DNA of 64,000 nt from Myxococcota bacterium (GTDB taxonomy: Bacteria; Myxococcota_A; SURF-8). Below, piece after piece: positions 29,662 to 38,288 of the stretch (the first letter of the stretch is position 1; each line of letters opens with the position of its first letter). Below the pieces are notes generated by a model. The model did not search any database and was not told the origin of the DNA. It saw only the letters and a program-made list of their open reading frames with translations. The position numbers were made by a program, and so were the translations under genes. Where the stretch lies: NCBI GenBank assembly GCA_965140415.1, contig OZ223209.1, forward strand, positions 5,120,001-5,184,000, written 5' to 3'.

Positions 29662-29913
29662 CTCGCTCTCCTCCACGATTAAAATCTCACAACAAAATAC
29701 GCACAACGCGTAAAACAACTTCAGGGCGGTGATTGTGTATTGGAATTGCCGACATGTTTTAAAAAACGGAAGATTGCTGGGGATGTCATGGTTTGCGGAA
29801 TACGGATTTCATCTCAGCAGATTCCAGACGGCCAACTCCAACACGCTGTTTCCGAATGCGACAGACATTCGCTTCGCCCATAAAACCCCATGAAACAACA
29901 AATACGGGGCGCG

Positions 29914-29941
29914 ATTATACGGAAACTCGAAAAAGAATCAA
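29914..29941 (-). promoter_or_regulatory. Putative sigma70 promoter
   Basis: TTGATT-16 bp-TATAAT followed by GC-rich cgcgcccc, about 250 nt upstream of ATG 29661. Confidence 0.5.
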
Positions 29942-30028
29942 CAAAAGAATTGTATAGACTGCTGATTTTCTTAATTTACAACAGGATGTAGCCTACGATC
30001 ACCCACTCATTGTACGCCTGAAAACGAC

Positions 30029-30055
30029 AGGCGCGAGGCGAAATGCCCCGCGCCT
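30029..30055 (-). terminator. Terminator-like hairpin after the larger DGD lipoprotein gene
   Basis: aggcgcggggc...gcctcgcgcct on the minus strand with a G-U pair; same stem as 29295-29326. Confidence 0.7.
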
Positions 30056-30081
30056 TGTAAAACGTTTGACTATCGTTGGGA

Positions 30082-30645
30082 TTATTTACCCATTTCGACC
30101 AAGTCAACTTCCGCCAGATCGAATTCAGCCAGGTCAATTTCGAACATGTCGAAATCGCCGTCTGTGACCGCATCACCGTCAACAACTACATCGCCGTCAA
30201 CCACATCGCCGTCAACCACATCGCCGTCAACAACGACATCGCCGTCAACCGCATCACCATCAACAACGACATCGCCGTCAACCATGTCGCCGTCAACCAT
30301 GTCGCCGTCGGTCATGTCGCCGTCGGTCATGTCGCCGTCAACCATGTCACCGTCGGTGGTGTCGCCATCAGTGGTGTCGCCATCAACCGTGTCGCCGTCA
30401 ACCGTGTCGCCGTCAACCGTGTCGCCGTCAACCGTGTCGCCGTCAACCGTGTCGCCGTCGGTGGTGTCGCCGTCTGTGGTGTCGCCGTCTGTGGTGTCGC
30501 CATCAGCGTTGTCGCCATCAGCCATGTCGCCATCAGCCGTGTCACCGTCGACCGGGTCGTCGTCGTCATCACAGCCGACCATCGCCAACTGCATGCTGAA
30601 GACCAGAATCAGAACCAGGAAAAACAGGTGTTTACTTCTTTTCAT
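30082..30645 (-). CDS. Lipoprotein consisting almost only of DGD pentapeptide repeats (187 aa)
   Basis: GGAGGAG RBS; signal peptide paralogous to the 29661 gene; (DGDTT/DGDTV/DGDMT/DGDVV)n; short EFDLA-type tail. Confidence 0.87.
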   Translation of the reverse strand: MKRSKHLFFLVLILVFSMQLAMVGCDDDDDPVDGDTADGDMADGDNADGDTTDGDTTDGDTTDGDTVDGDTVDGDTVDGDTVDGDTVDGDTTDGDTTDGDMVDGDMTDGDMTDGDMVDGDMVDGDVVVDGDAVDGDVVVDGDVVDGDVVDGDVVVDGDAVTDGDFDMFEIDLAEFDLAEVDLVEMGK

Positions 30646-30924
30646 CTCAATCTCCTCCCGTGTTGTGTTGGATGAAATCAGGTTACGCAGAATGCGCAAG
30701 GTATGCCCAGTAAATCGGAATCAAGCAAAGGATAGCCCGGTCCCCGAAGGAAGAGGCTTCTTCCTTTTGTATTTTCTGCACCGTCGCCAGGTGCATTCTC
30801 GATTGTAAGTCGATACGCAACATCACGTTCTCGTATACGTCCTTGGTTATAAAGGAACTATGTCGCCAGTTTTGTCCACGTCACCCTCCCAAGCACATAA
30901 GGCTTTAGGTGAGCAGTTTACTTC

Positions 30925-30941
30925 TGCAAATGTAATGCCAA
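30925..30941 (-). promoter_or_regulatory. Putative sigma54 (-24/-12) promoter
   Basis: TTGGCATTACATTTGCA gives GG-N10-GC with TGGCA and TTGCA; an AT-rich tract lies just upstream. Confidence 0.6.
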
Positions 30942-31275
30942 CCATCCTGTTACAATTTAATTATTCAGAATAATTAGATATTTTTCCATTTTCGGAACAC
31001 GAATAACAACAACCTGTGTACCCTGAGATTGAAAACCCGATCCGAATCTCGGACAAATATGTCAGGCTGTCAGGCAAACTTGCCCCCCAATTTGGAATGC
31101 CTCAAAAGAAAAGCAGATCGGAGGCTTCGGCAAGCAGCTTGCTCTTGACGACCACACATACAATGGAATATACTTAATAAATTGAATAGGTTCAGCGAAC
31201 TTTCGTTGAAAGCATCAGACGATCAGGGTTGTGGGTTAGGCTTTTTTTTCGACCCGTCAGGAAAAGAGCAGGCGC

Positions 31276-32406
31276 GTGACGACAAGCATTCATATCCCGC
31301 TTTCCCGCCCCTTCATGGGAGAGGAAGAAGTGGAAGCGGTTCGGCAAACTCTGCAATCCGGCTGGATTGCCGGGCAAGGTCCGGCCTGCGCGCGCGTGGA
31401 ACGCAAAATTCAAGACGATATGAAAACCCCCTATGCGGCGGTGATATCCAGTTGCACGGCAGCCTTGCATCTGGCGTTGCAAGTTTCCGGAATCGGCAAA
31501 GGCGACGAGGTCTTGGTCAGCGACTATTCCTTCCCCGCCACCGGTCACGCCGTGTTGTACGTGGGAGCGACTCCGGTTTTCGTTGATGTAGATCCCGCCA
31601 CGGGAAACGCTTCCGTTGAAACCTTGCAAGCCGCCCTGACAGAACGAACACGCGCAATCCTGCTCGTGCATACGTTCGGTCTGATGGCCGATATGGAGCC
31701 TATCGCCGAATTCGCCCGCGAACACGGCCTGCTGCTCATCGAAGACGCCGCCTGCGCCTACGGTGCGCTGGATGCACAGCAACAACCGCCAGGCAGGCAT
31801 TCCGATATCGCCTGCTTCTCTTTTCATGCGCGAAAGAATGCGACTTCCGGCGAAGGCGGCGGCCTGATTACGACACAACAGACCATTTACGACAAGGTGA
31901 AATCTCTTACTTTCTTCGGTGTGCGCTCCGCCTTGCAGCGCCGCGACGCCGAAAGCTTCCAGCTACCGGAGTTTGGCGAGCTTGGATATAATTACAAGCT
32001 ATCGGATATTCAGGCCTCCGTTCTGTCGGTTCAATTGGAACGACTGCCGCAGATGCTCAAAGAGCGTCGCAAGCTGGCGGCGCACTACTATGCGCTGCTT
32101 TCCGATACGCCCGGAGTCACGCTGCGCCTGGTTGCCGATGGTGCGCTGCCAAGCTGGCAGAGTTTCGTGGTGACGTTAGCCGACGGCATCGACCGCAACC
32201 GGGTGATCGTTATGATGCGCGAGCGCGGGATCGAATGTCAGATCGGCACCTACGCCATGCACCTGCAACCGGTCTATGAAAGTCGCTGCTTATGCCCTCA
32301 GTCCGCGCGGCTGTTTCGCCAGGATCTGGCGCTGCCGTTGTTCGTCGGGCTTACGGAATCGCAACAGCAAGAAGTCGTAGACGCGCTTCAAGCCTGCTTG
32401 AAATAA
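31276..32406 (+). CDS. DegT/DnrJ/EryC1/StrS PLP-dependent sugar aminotransferase
   Basis: SSCTAALHLAL, IEDAAC, FSFHARKNATSGEGG, GYNYKLSD. Confidence 0.93.
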   Translation: MTTSIHIPLSRPFMGEEEVEAVRQTLQSGWIAGQGPACARVERKIQDDMKTPYAAVISSCTAALHLALQVSGIGKGDEVLVSDYSFPATGHAVLYVGATPVFVDVDPATGNASVETLQAALTERTRAILLVHTFGLMADMEPIAEFAREHGLLLIEDAACAYGALDAQQQPPGRHSDIACFSFHARKNATSGEGGGLITTQQTIYDKVKSLTFFGVRSALQRRDAESFQLPEFGELGYNYKLSDIQASVLSVQLERLPQMLKERRKLAAHYYALLSDTPGVTLRLVADGALPSWQSFVVTLADGIDRNRVIVMMRERGIECQIGTYAMHLQPVYESRCLCPQSARLFRQDLALPLFVGLTESQQQEVVDALQACLK

Positions 32407-32416
32407 GGATCGATCG

Positions 32417-33388
32417 ATGGATTTCGAAGGCAAACGCATTCTGGTTACTGGGGGAGCAGGCTTTATCGGCAGCCATCTTGTTGATGGTCTGATCGAACAG
32501 CGACCCGAAGCACTGGGTGTCATCGACAATCTGTTCCTTGGAAAAGAGCGCAACCTCAATCACGCGCGGCAGCATTTCCCGGATCTGAAATTCTACCCGG
32601 AGTCGGTGGCCGATGAACGCGCCTTCGAACATGTGCTGCGCGACTTTAAACCGCAGCTCGTTTTCAACCTGGCGACGATTCCGCTACCGACCAGTCTGGA
32701 GCGCCCGCGCTGGGCCTATGCCGAAAATATCGCCATCGGTTTGAATGCCCTGGAATTCCGACGGCTGGGACTGTTCGAACACCTGGTTCATTTCAGCACC
32801 TCCGAAGTCTACGGCAGCGCATTGACAGACGCGATCAGCGAAGAGCACCCGCGCGATTCTCACACGCCCTATGCATCATCCAAAGCCGCCAACGACAACC
32901 TGATCGCGGCGTATGAAAAAACCTTCGGCATCAAGACCTTGATTCTGCGGCCTTTCAACAACTACGGCCCCAGGCAGAACGAAGGTTCCTATGCGGGGGT
33001 GATTCCGAAAACGATCAAAGCGCTACTGGAAGGAAAACCGGCGCTGTTGTATGGCGACGGCGAACAGACACGCGACTTTATTTTCGTGAAGGATTGCGTA
33101 GGCCTGACCATCGAGGCGGCCAAACGCCTGGAGCTCTACGGCTCGGATTACAATCTCGGCTCGGGTCGGGAAGTGAAAATCGGCTGCCTGATTCGCGAAA
33201 TCTGCCGCCAACTCGACCAGCCGGACAACGTCGTAGAAGAGCCGGCGCGAGCGGGCGACGTGCGCCGCCATATGGCGGACATGTCGAAGCTATACGGCAA
33301 ACTCGGCTTGAAACCCGAAACCGATTTCGAAAATGGATTGCGGCAAACCATCGACTGGTATCGACGCCGCTTGCAAGAAGACTCCTAA
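32417..33388 (+). CDS. NAD-dependent nucleotide-sugar epimerase/dehydratase
   Basis: VTGGAGFIGS, STSEVYG, PYASSK, RPFNNYGPRQ, GDGEQTRDF. Confidence 0.93.
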   Translation: MDFEGKRILVTGGAGFIGSHLVDGLIEQRPEALGVIDNLFLGKERNLNHARQHFPDLKFYPESVADERAFEHVLRDFKPQLVFNLATIPLPTSLERPRWAYAENIAIGLNALEFRRLGLFEHLVHFSTSEVYGSALTDAISEEHPRDSHTPYASSKAANDNLIAAYEKTFGIKTLILRPFNNYGPRQNEGSYAGVIPKTIKALLEGKPALLYGDGEQTRDFIFVKDCVGLTIEAAKRLELYGSDYNLGSGREVKIGCLIREICRQLDQPDNVVEEPARAGDVRRHMADMSKLYGKLGLKPETDFENGLRQTIDWYRRRLQEDS

Positions 33389-33401
33389 ACTGAGGGCACA
33401 C

Positions 33402-34034
33402 ATGCACAGCGAGAAGACGTTCATTCATCCAACGGCGGAAGTTTCCGAGCAGTCGCAGATCGGCGATGGCTGCCGAATCTGGAACGGCGCGAAAGTACGC
33501 GAACAGGCAAACATTGGAAACGGCTGCACCATCGGCCAGAACGTCTACATCGATACGCAGGTTTGTATCGGCGAGCAGAGCAAGATTCAAAACGGCACCA
33601 GCGTATATCGCGGCGTGTCGATCGGCGCGCGTGTGTTCGTGGGACCGATGACGGTGTTCACCAACGACCGCTATCCGCGCGCGGAGATCTGGAACGACGA
33701 GCGGCTGGGATACACCGTGCTGGAAGACGGCTGCTCCATCGGCGGCGGGGCGGTCATCGTTTGCGGTAGCGAGTCACAGCCTCGGCGCATCGGCGCATAC
33801 GCGTTGGTGGCGGCGGGAGCGGTCGTCACCCGCGACGTTCCCGCTCATGCGCTGGTAGCCGGTAATCCGGCGCGCATAACGGCTTTTGTAACACGCGAAG
33901 GCTTTCCGGCAACGGAAGTGGTGAGCCAAAATGAACATGCGGTGCAACTTAAGGCGTCGCAGTCTGAAGATGCGGTGTCTATCGATCGGGTGTTGTACGA
34001 ACGATGGCTGAATGAAAGGGTGAAACATGGATAA
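33402..34034 (+). CDS. Hexapeptide-repeat N-acetyltransferase (WbpD/WlbB-like)
   Basis: FIHPTAEV, SKIQN, VFTND..PR, GAGAVV-like and VAGNPAR motifs. Confidence 0.88.
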   Translation: MHSEKTFIHPTAEVSEQSQIGDGCRIWNGAKVREQANIGNGCTIGQNVYIDTQVCIGEQSKIQNGTSVYRGVSIGARVFVGPMTVFTNDRYPRAEIWNDERLGYTVLEDGCSIGGGAVIVCGSESQPRRIGAYALVAAGAVVTRDVPAHALVAGNPARITAFVTREGFPATEVVSQNEHAVQLKASQSEDAVSIDRVLYERWLNERVKHG

Positions 34035-35052
34035 CGACCTGCGTATCGGCATCATCGGTCTGGGTCAGATGGGCTGCAACCATCTGCGCGTGCTTTCTTC
34101 ACTGCCGCAAGTCAACGAAATCCAGGTGGTGGAATCCGACGACGACAAGCGCGAAAACAACACCGCGAAATACCGCGTGGCCAAGTCTTATAAGCACCTG
34201 AGCGATTTTCTGGATTCGGCCACGGTAGACGCCTGCATCATTGCCGTGCAGCCGGAGTACCATTACGAAATCGCCCGGCAGTGCTTTGAACGCTGTATTC
34301 CCGTGCTGCTGGAAAAACCGATCGCCCATTCGCGCGAAGACGCGGCGGCCATCGTACAGGCGGCCAAAGCGAGCGACTGCCTTTGCCTGGTGGGTCATAT
34401 CGAACGCTTCAATCCCGTGGTGCGCAAGGCCAAAACCTTTATCGAAGAGGGGCGCGTGGGTAAGCCCTATCTCTGTAACACGCGTCGGGGCGGCCCCTTC
34501 CCCAAGCGACTTTTAAGCACCAACGTCGGGGTGCTGGTCGATCTGGCGGTACATGATGTCGATATCATCCAGTATTTAAGCAGCTCTCTGATTCGCGACG
34601 TGCAGTCGATGTTCATCAAAGCGGAGGAGCGCGAGATTTTCGCCAAGGCACTGTACCGCTGCGAATGCGATATGGCCGGTTCGATGGAATTTTCCTGGGT
34701 GTCGCCGCAGAAGGTGCGCCGCTTTCAATTGTTCGGCGCACTGGGGTTGATCGAGGGCGACTACATTTCTCAGAGTCTGCACTTTTACGAAAACGCCGAT
34801 ATCAACGCCGAAGACGATCCCTGGGCTACCAAGCATCTGGTCGCGGGGCGCATCGCCTCCGGGCGCATCATCGAGTATCCCGTCTGGCGCTCGGAACCTT
34901 TGCAACTGGAACTGGAACATTTTCTGGCTTGCGTGCGCGGCGAAGCCACGCCGGAAGTAACGCCGCAAATGGCCGCCCAGGTAGTGGATGTGGTACTGGA
35001 CATCAGCGAGAAAGGCGCGAACAGCCCCACCACGATTCGCTGTGAGCTGTGA
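34027..35052 (+). CDS. Gfo/Idh/MocA oxidoreductase (WbpB/WlbA-like)
   Basis: GLGQMG, LLEKPI, VGHIERFNP, DLAVHDVD, EPLQLELEHF. Confidence 0.88.
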   Translation: MDNDLRIGIIGLGQMGCNHLRVLSSLPQVNEIQVVESDDDKRENNTAKYRVAKSYKHLSDFLDSATVDACIIAVQPEYHYEIARQCFERCIPVLLEKPIAHSREDAAAIVQAAKASDCLCLVGHIERFNPVVRKAKTFIEEGRVGKPYLCNTRRGGPFPKRLLSTNVGVLVDLAVHDVDIIQYLSSSLIRDVQSMFIKAEEREIFAKALYRCECDMAGSMEFSWVSPQKVRRFQLFGALGLIEGDYISQSLHFYENADINAEDDPWATKHLVAGRIASGRIIEYPVWRSEPLQLELEHFLACVRGEATPEVTPQMAAQVVDVVLDISEKGANSPTTIRCEL

Positions 35053-35082
35053 TAAGGTTCCCTTATAATCTCTCCAAGCACC

Positions 35083-35171
35083 TGGTTGGGTGGGCTAACC
35101 GTAGGTTGCCCATACGCAAAAGCAAGAACACGGGCAAGCTTCATTTCATTCCGCTTGGCCACGTGCCACCC
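35083..35171 (+). repeat. ~90-bp palindromic repeat, copy A
   Basis: gggctaaccgtaggttgccc...cacgggcaagct...tccgct...gtgccaccc aligns with 44598-44684. Confidence 0.65.
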
Positions 35172-35189
35172 TTTTTTAAGCCACCTATT

Positions 35190-35963
35190 CTACCTACAAT
35201 ACAATCTCTCCAAACACGCCTTCACAGCCTGAAAGAAGGCATTGTCGGGCAGATCGAGGAAGCTGCTGCCGGCCATGTCAGCGCGGCGGATGGCATCTTC
35301 TTCGGGCAACCAGCCCAATAGCGGCAGTTGTTTCGGTAGCGATAGTTCGTCGAGCTCCGATTCCGCATGGATACGATTTAAAATCAGGGACGCGGACTGG
35401 TAGTGAATCGCAGCCTGCGCCACCTCCCAGATATTGCGCGCGGCGGCCAAGCCTTTTACGGACCCATCCGACACCGTGATCAACTGCGTTACGCGCTCCA
35501 TCACACGGCGGTTGACCTGTTCGACACCCGCCTCACCGTCGATGATGACCACATCGAATTCGGCGCTATAGGTCTTGATGAGATCCTTCAACAGCGCGTT
35601 GACCTGACAGTAACAGCCCTCCGTTTCCGGGCGACCAATGGAAAGAAAGGCCAGGTTATCCCGCTCGCGTAGCGCCTGCAACAGGCGGTAGTCCATGCGA
35701 TGCAGGATCTCCTCGCGGTCGGCGTTCAGGCCCTGCTGTAAGTCGGCTATCAGTTCGTTGCGGATCTGATCCACGGTGAGTTTGGCTTCGATCCCCAACG
35801 CAAAGGACAGCCCGGAGGCCGGATCGGCATCGATAGCCAACACGCGCCGATTTGAATCGGCTGTGAGTACGCGCACCAGCGCCGCACTGACGGAGGTCTT
35901 GCCCACGCCGCCTTTACCGCACACCGCGATCAACTGCGGCTCGCGCATTTGGGCATCAGCCAT
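35190..35963 (-). CDS. CooC/AcsF-like nickel-insertion ATPase
   Basis: GKGGVGKT, DADP, EGCYC (CxC), DGEAGVE. Confidence 0.85.
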   Translation of the reverse strand: MADAQMREPQLIAVCGKGGVGKTSVSAALVRVLTADSNRRVLAIDADPASGLSFALGIEAKLTVDQIRNELIADLQQGLNADREEILHRMDYRLLQALRERDNLAFLSIGRPETEGCYCQVNALLKDLIKTYSAEFDVVIIDGEAGVEQVNRRVMERVTQLITVSDGSVKGLAAARNIWEVAQAAIHYQSASLILNRIHAESELDELSLPKQLPLLGWLPEEDAIRRADMAGSSFLDLPDNAFFQAVKACLERLYCR

Positions 35964-36693
35964 GATCGGCCTCCCCGTTACGATGCGCGTGCATGGCGCG
36001 CAGTGCGTCTACCTCGTTGCAGACATCGTTGTATTCGCAACTGTCGCAGTCCAAGGAATATTCCGCCGCGATCCTGTCCATGGCGCGGGTACGTCGCTCG
36101 GCCTGTTTCCCGATTTGCTGCAATGCGCTCACATCCTGGCTACTGCTCGTGACCAGCAGAATTTCCGCCGCCTTAACCAGCGGATGCGAACGATACAGGC
36201 GCAGCCACTCGCCGCCCAGCGCCGCCAGCGTTCCGCCCTGCGCTAACGCCTGTTTGCTTACCCGGCTCCACTCGCGCCCATACTGACTGACCGCGCGCAG
36301 CATATAGCCGGACAGTTCTAGCTCGAATCGCAAGCGGTCCAATTCCCGTTGACGCTCGAAGGCATTGTCGGTAGTGAAATCGGAGACGCCAAGTAATAGC
36401 ACCTTGCCAAATGGAAGCTGCGGCTGATCCATCTCGCTCAATTCGGAACCGAGCAGGCTGACGTGGCCATCGTGAATGATTTCCCTTTGATTACTCCAGA
36501 GCAGAAAGGCCGTCGAGATGGAATCGGGATGTCCCAGTTCTACGGCGGTTTCGCTCTGCATGACGATGCGCCCCTTCTGCCCCTCCGGCCAGGCGGGGAG
36601 ATCTTTCTCCTGGTACTGTCGAAACGGCGTGGCATCCTGCCGTTGTGCGACGAAGTCCCGCACGCCGCTGATGAGATCCTCGTACAATTCCAT
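35956..36693 (-). CDS. Short protein resembling an acetyl-CoA synthase subunit fragment, with C-terminal CX2CX5C
   Basis: TAVELG, DGHVSLLG.EL, LPFG, GYMLRA...REWSRVSK, DCDSCEYNDVC. Confidence 0.65.
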   Translation of the reverse strand: MELYEDLISGVRDFVAQRQDATPFRQYQEKDLPAWPEGQKGRIVMQSETAVELGHPDSISTAFLLWSNQREIIHDGHVSLLGSELSEMDQPQLPFGKVLLLGVSDFTTDNAFERQRELDRLRFELELSGYMLRAVSQYGREWSRVSKQALAQGGTLAALGGEWLRLYRSHPLVKAAEILLVTSSSQDVSALQQIGKQAERRTRAMDRIAAEYSLDCDSCEYNDVCNEVDALRAMHAHRNGEADHG

Positions 36694-36702
36694 TGGGTAT
36701 CC

Positions 36703-37500
36703 TTATGCACTGGCGGCGCGGCTTTGGGTTGCCATGCGTTCGGCAGCGATGCAGGCCGCCCCGAATGCGCCGTTTAACTGCGGCTCGGACAGGCGCACCA
36801 GTTCGACGCCTAACGCTTCGCCCAGCGCCAAGAACATGCCGTCGTTCAAGGCAACCCCACCACTCATCGCGATTGAGGACTCCAAGCCGATGCTCTTTGC
36901 CATGGCCGAGGCGCGCCGAGCCACCGAGCGGTGCAGCGCTTTGATGATATCCGCCGTTTCCTTGCCCTCCGCCACCAACGACAGGATTTCCGTTTCGGCG
37001 AAGATCACGCATTGATTCGACAACTGCAAGTCGCCGCTGGCCTGCTTGGACAGGCTACCTAACTCGCTTAAATCCAGTTCCAGCGCATCGGCTATGATCT
37101 CCAGAAATCGCCCGGTACCCGAGGCGCACTTGTCGTTATACAGATAGCGGGTCACGTTGCCCTGCTCGTCGAAACGCAACGCCTTGGCGTCCTGCCCGCC
37201 GATATCCACCAGCATGCGCACCTGCGGAGCCTGTTCGATCGCCCCGCGCGCGTGGCAAACGATTTCCGATTCCACCTGCTGGCAAAAGGAAATGCGCTTA
37301 CGACCATAGCCAGTGCCTACACAATATTGCAGCTCCTCCAGCTTTGCGCCGCATTGTTGCAGAGCCTGTTGTAACGCGCCCTGCGCCGATTGTTCCGGGT
37401 CGGTGCCGCAACGCACCACGCCGGTAGCCAACAGCTTGCCATCCTTTAAAATCACCGCCTTGGCGCTTAACGAGCCGACATCACAACCTGCAACCATCAT
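36703..37500 (-). CDS. ATP-dependent activase (HgdC/BcrA-D/BadF-G family)
   Basis: GCDVGS, GTGYGR, DIGGQDAK, NDKCASGTG, CVIFAETE, GGVALN. Confidence 0.92.
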   Translation of the reverse strand: MMVAGCDVGSLSAKAVILKDGKLLATGVVRCGTDPEQSAQGALQQALQQCGAKLEELQYCVGTGYGRKRISFCQQVESEIVCHARGAIEQAPQVRMLVDIGGQDAKALRFDEQGNVTRYLYNDKCASGTGRFLEIIADALELDLSELGSLSKQASGDLQLSNQCVIFAETEILSLVAEGKETADIIKALHRSVARRASAMAKSIGLESSIAMSGGVALNDGMFLALGEALGVELVRLSEPQLNGAFGAACIAAERMATQSRAASA

Positions 37501-38288
37501 GCTGCGCCTCCATTTCCCTGTTCCGCCGCCAATAGCGCCGCCCCGATGGCCCCGGCGATCTGCGGATCGTAGCGCCGAATCCGGCGCGTGCGCAGACCGA
37601 GCAGCTTTTCGATTGCCGCCAGTACGCCCTCGTTCTTGGCGACACCGCCTGTCATACAGACCTCGGGTTCGATACCGAGATTATTCACCAAGGTCACAAT
37701 GCGCGAGGCCATGGCGGTGTTGATACCTGCGGCGATATCCTCTACCGCTACGCCGTTATTGAGATGGCGGATGACATCCGCCTGCGCCCAAACGGTGCAG
37801 GCATTGGCAAAGGTCACCGGATTCTTGGATCGGCGCGACATATCGCCCAATTCCTTCAAACCCACGCCGACCACCCCGGCCATCACTTCCAGAAAGCGCC
37901 CCGTACCCGAGGCGCACTTGTCGTTGGCCACGAATTTCCCGATGCTGCCGTCCTCGTTCAGGCGCATCGCCTTGCAATCCTGCCCGCCGACATCGATCAC
38001 CGTTTTCACAGTGGGCGAGAGCCACTTGGCCCCGCGTCCATGGCAGGCGATTTCCGAAATGGCCTCATCCACAAAGGGGAGCTTGTCGCGACCGTATCCG
38101 GTGCCGATGCAGCACTCGATTTGTGCCTGCGTTGCATTGGCCTTTTGCAGGGCCTCGGCCATCACCGCTTCCCCAGACTCCCAGGGCTTGGCTTTCGATT
38201 TGATCACGGCAAAGCTTACGATGCGCCCATTCTTCATCAGCACCGCCTTGCTGGTCAGCGAGCCGACGTCACAGCCTGCAACCATCAT
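37497..38288 (-). CDS. ATP-dependent activase (HgdC/BcrA-D/BadF-G family), second paralog
   Basis: GCDVGS, GTGYGR, DVGGQDCK, NDKCASGTG, CTVWAQ, GGVAKN. Confidence 0.92.
   Translation of the reverse strand: MMVAGCDVGSLTSKAVLMKNGRIVSFAVIKSKAKPWESGEAVMAEALQKANATQAQIECCIGTGYGRDKLPFVDEAISEIACHGRGAKWLSPTVKTVIDVGGQDCKAMRLNEDGSIGKFVANDKCASGTGRFLEVMAGVVGVGLKELGDMSRRSKNPVTFANACTVWAQADVIRHLNNGVAVEDIAAGINTAMASRIVTLVNNLGIEPEVCMTGGVAKNEGVLAAIEKLLGLRTRRIRRYDPQIAGAIGAALLAAEQGNGGAA

Noticed and set aside
29400-30570. CRISPR or non-coding satellite, and the plus-strand (SPST)n/(VAVNR)n ORFs
   Set aside because: Repeats are in-frame codons of minus-strand lipoproteins with RBS and lipobox; the plus-strand ORFs are shadows.
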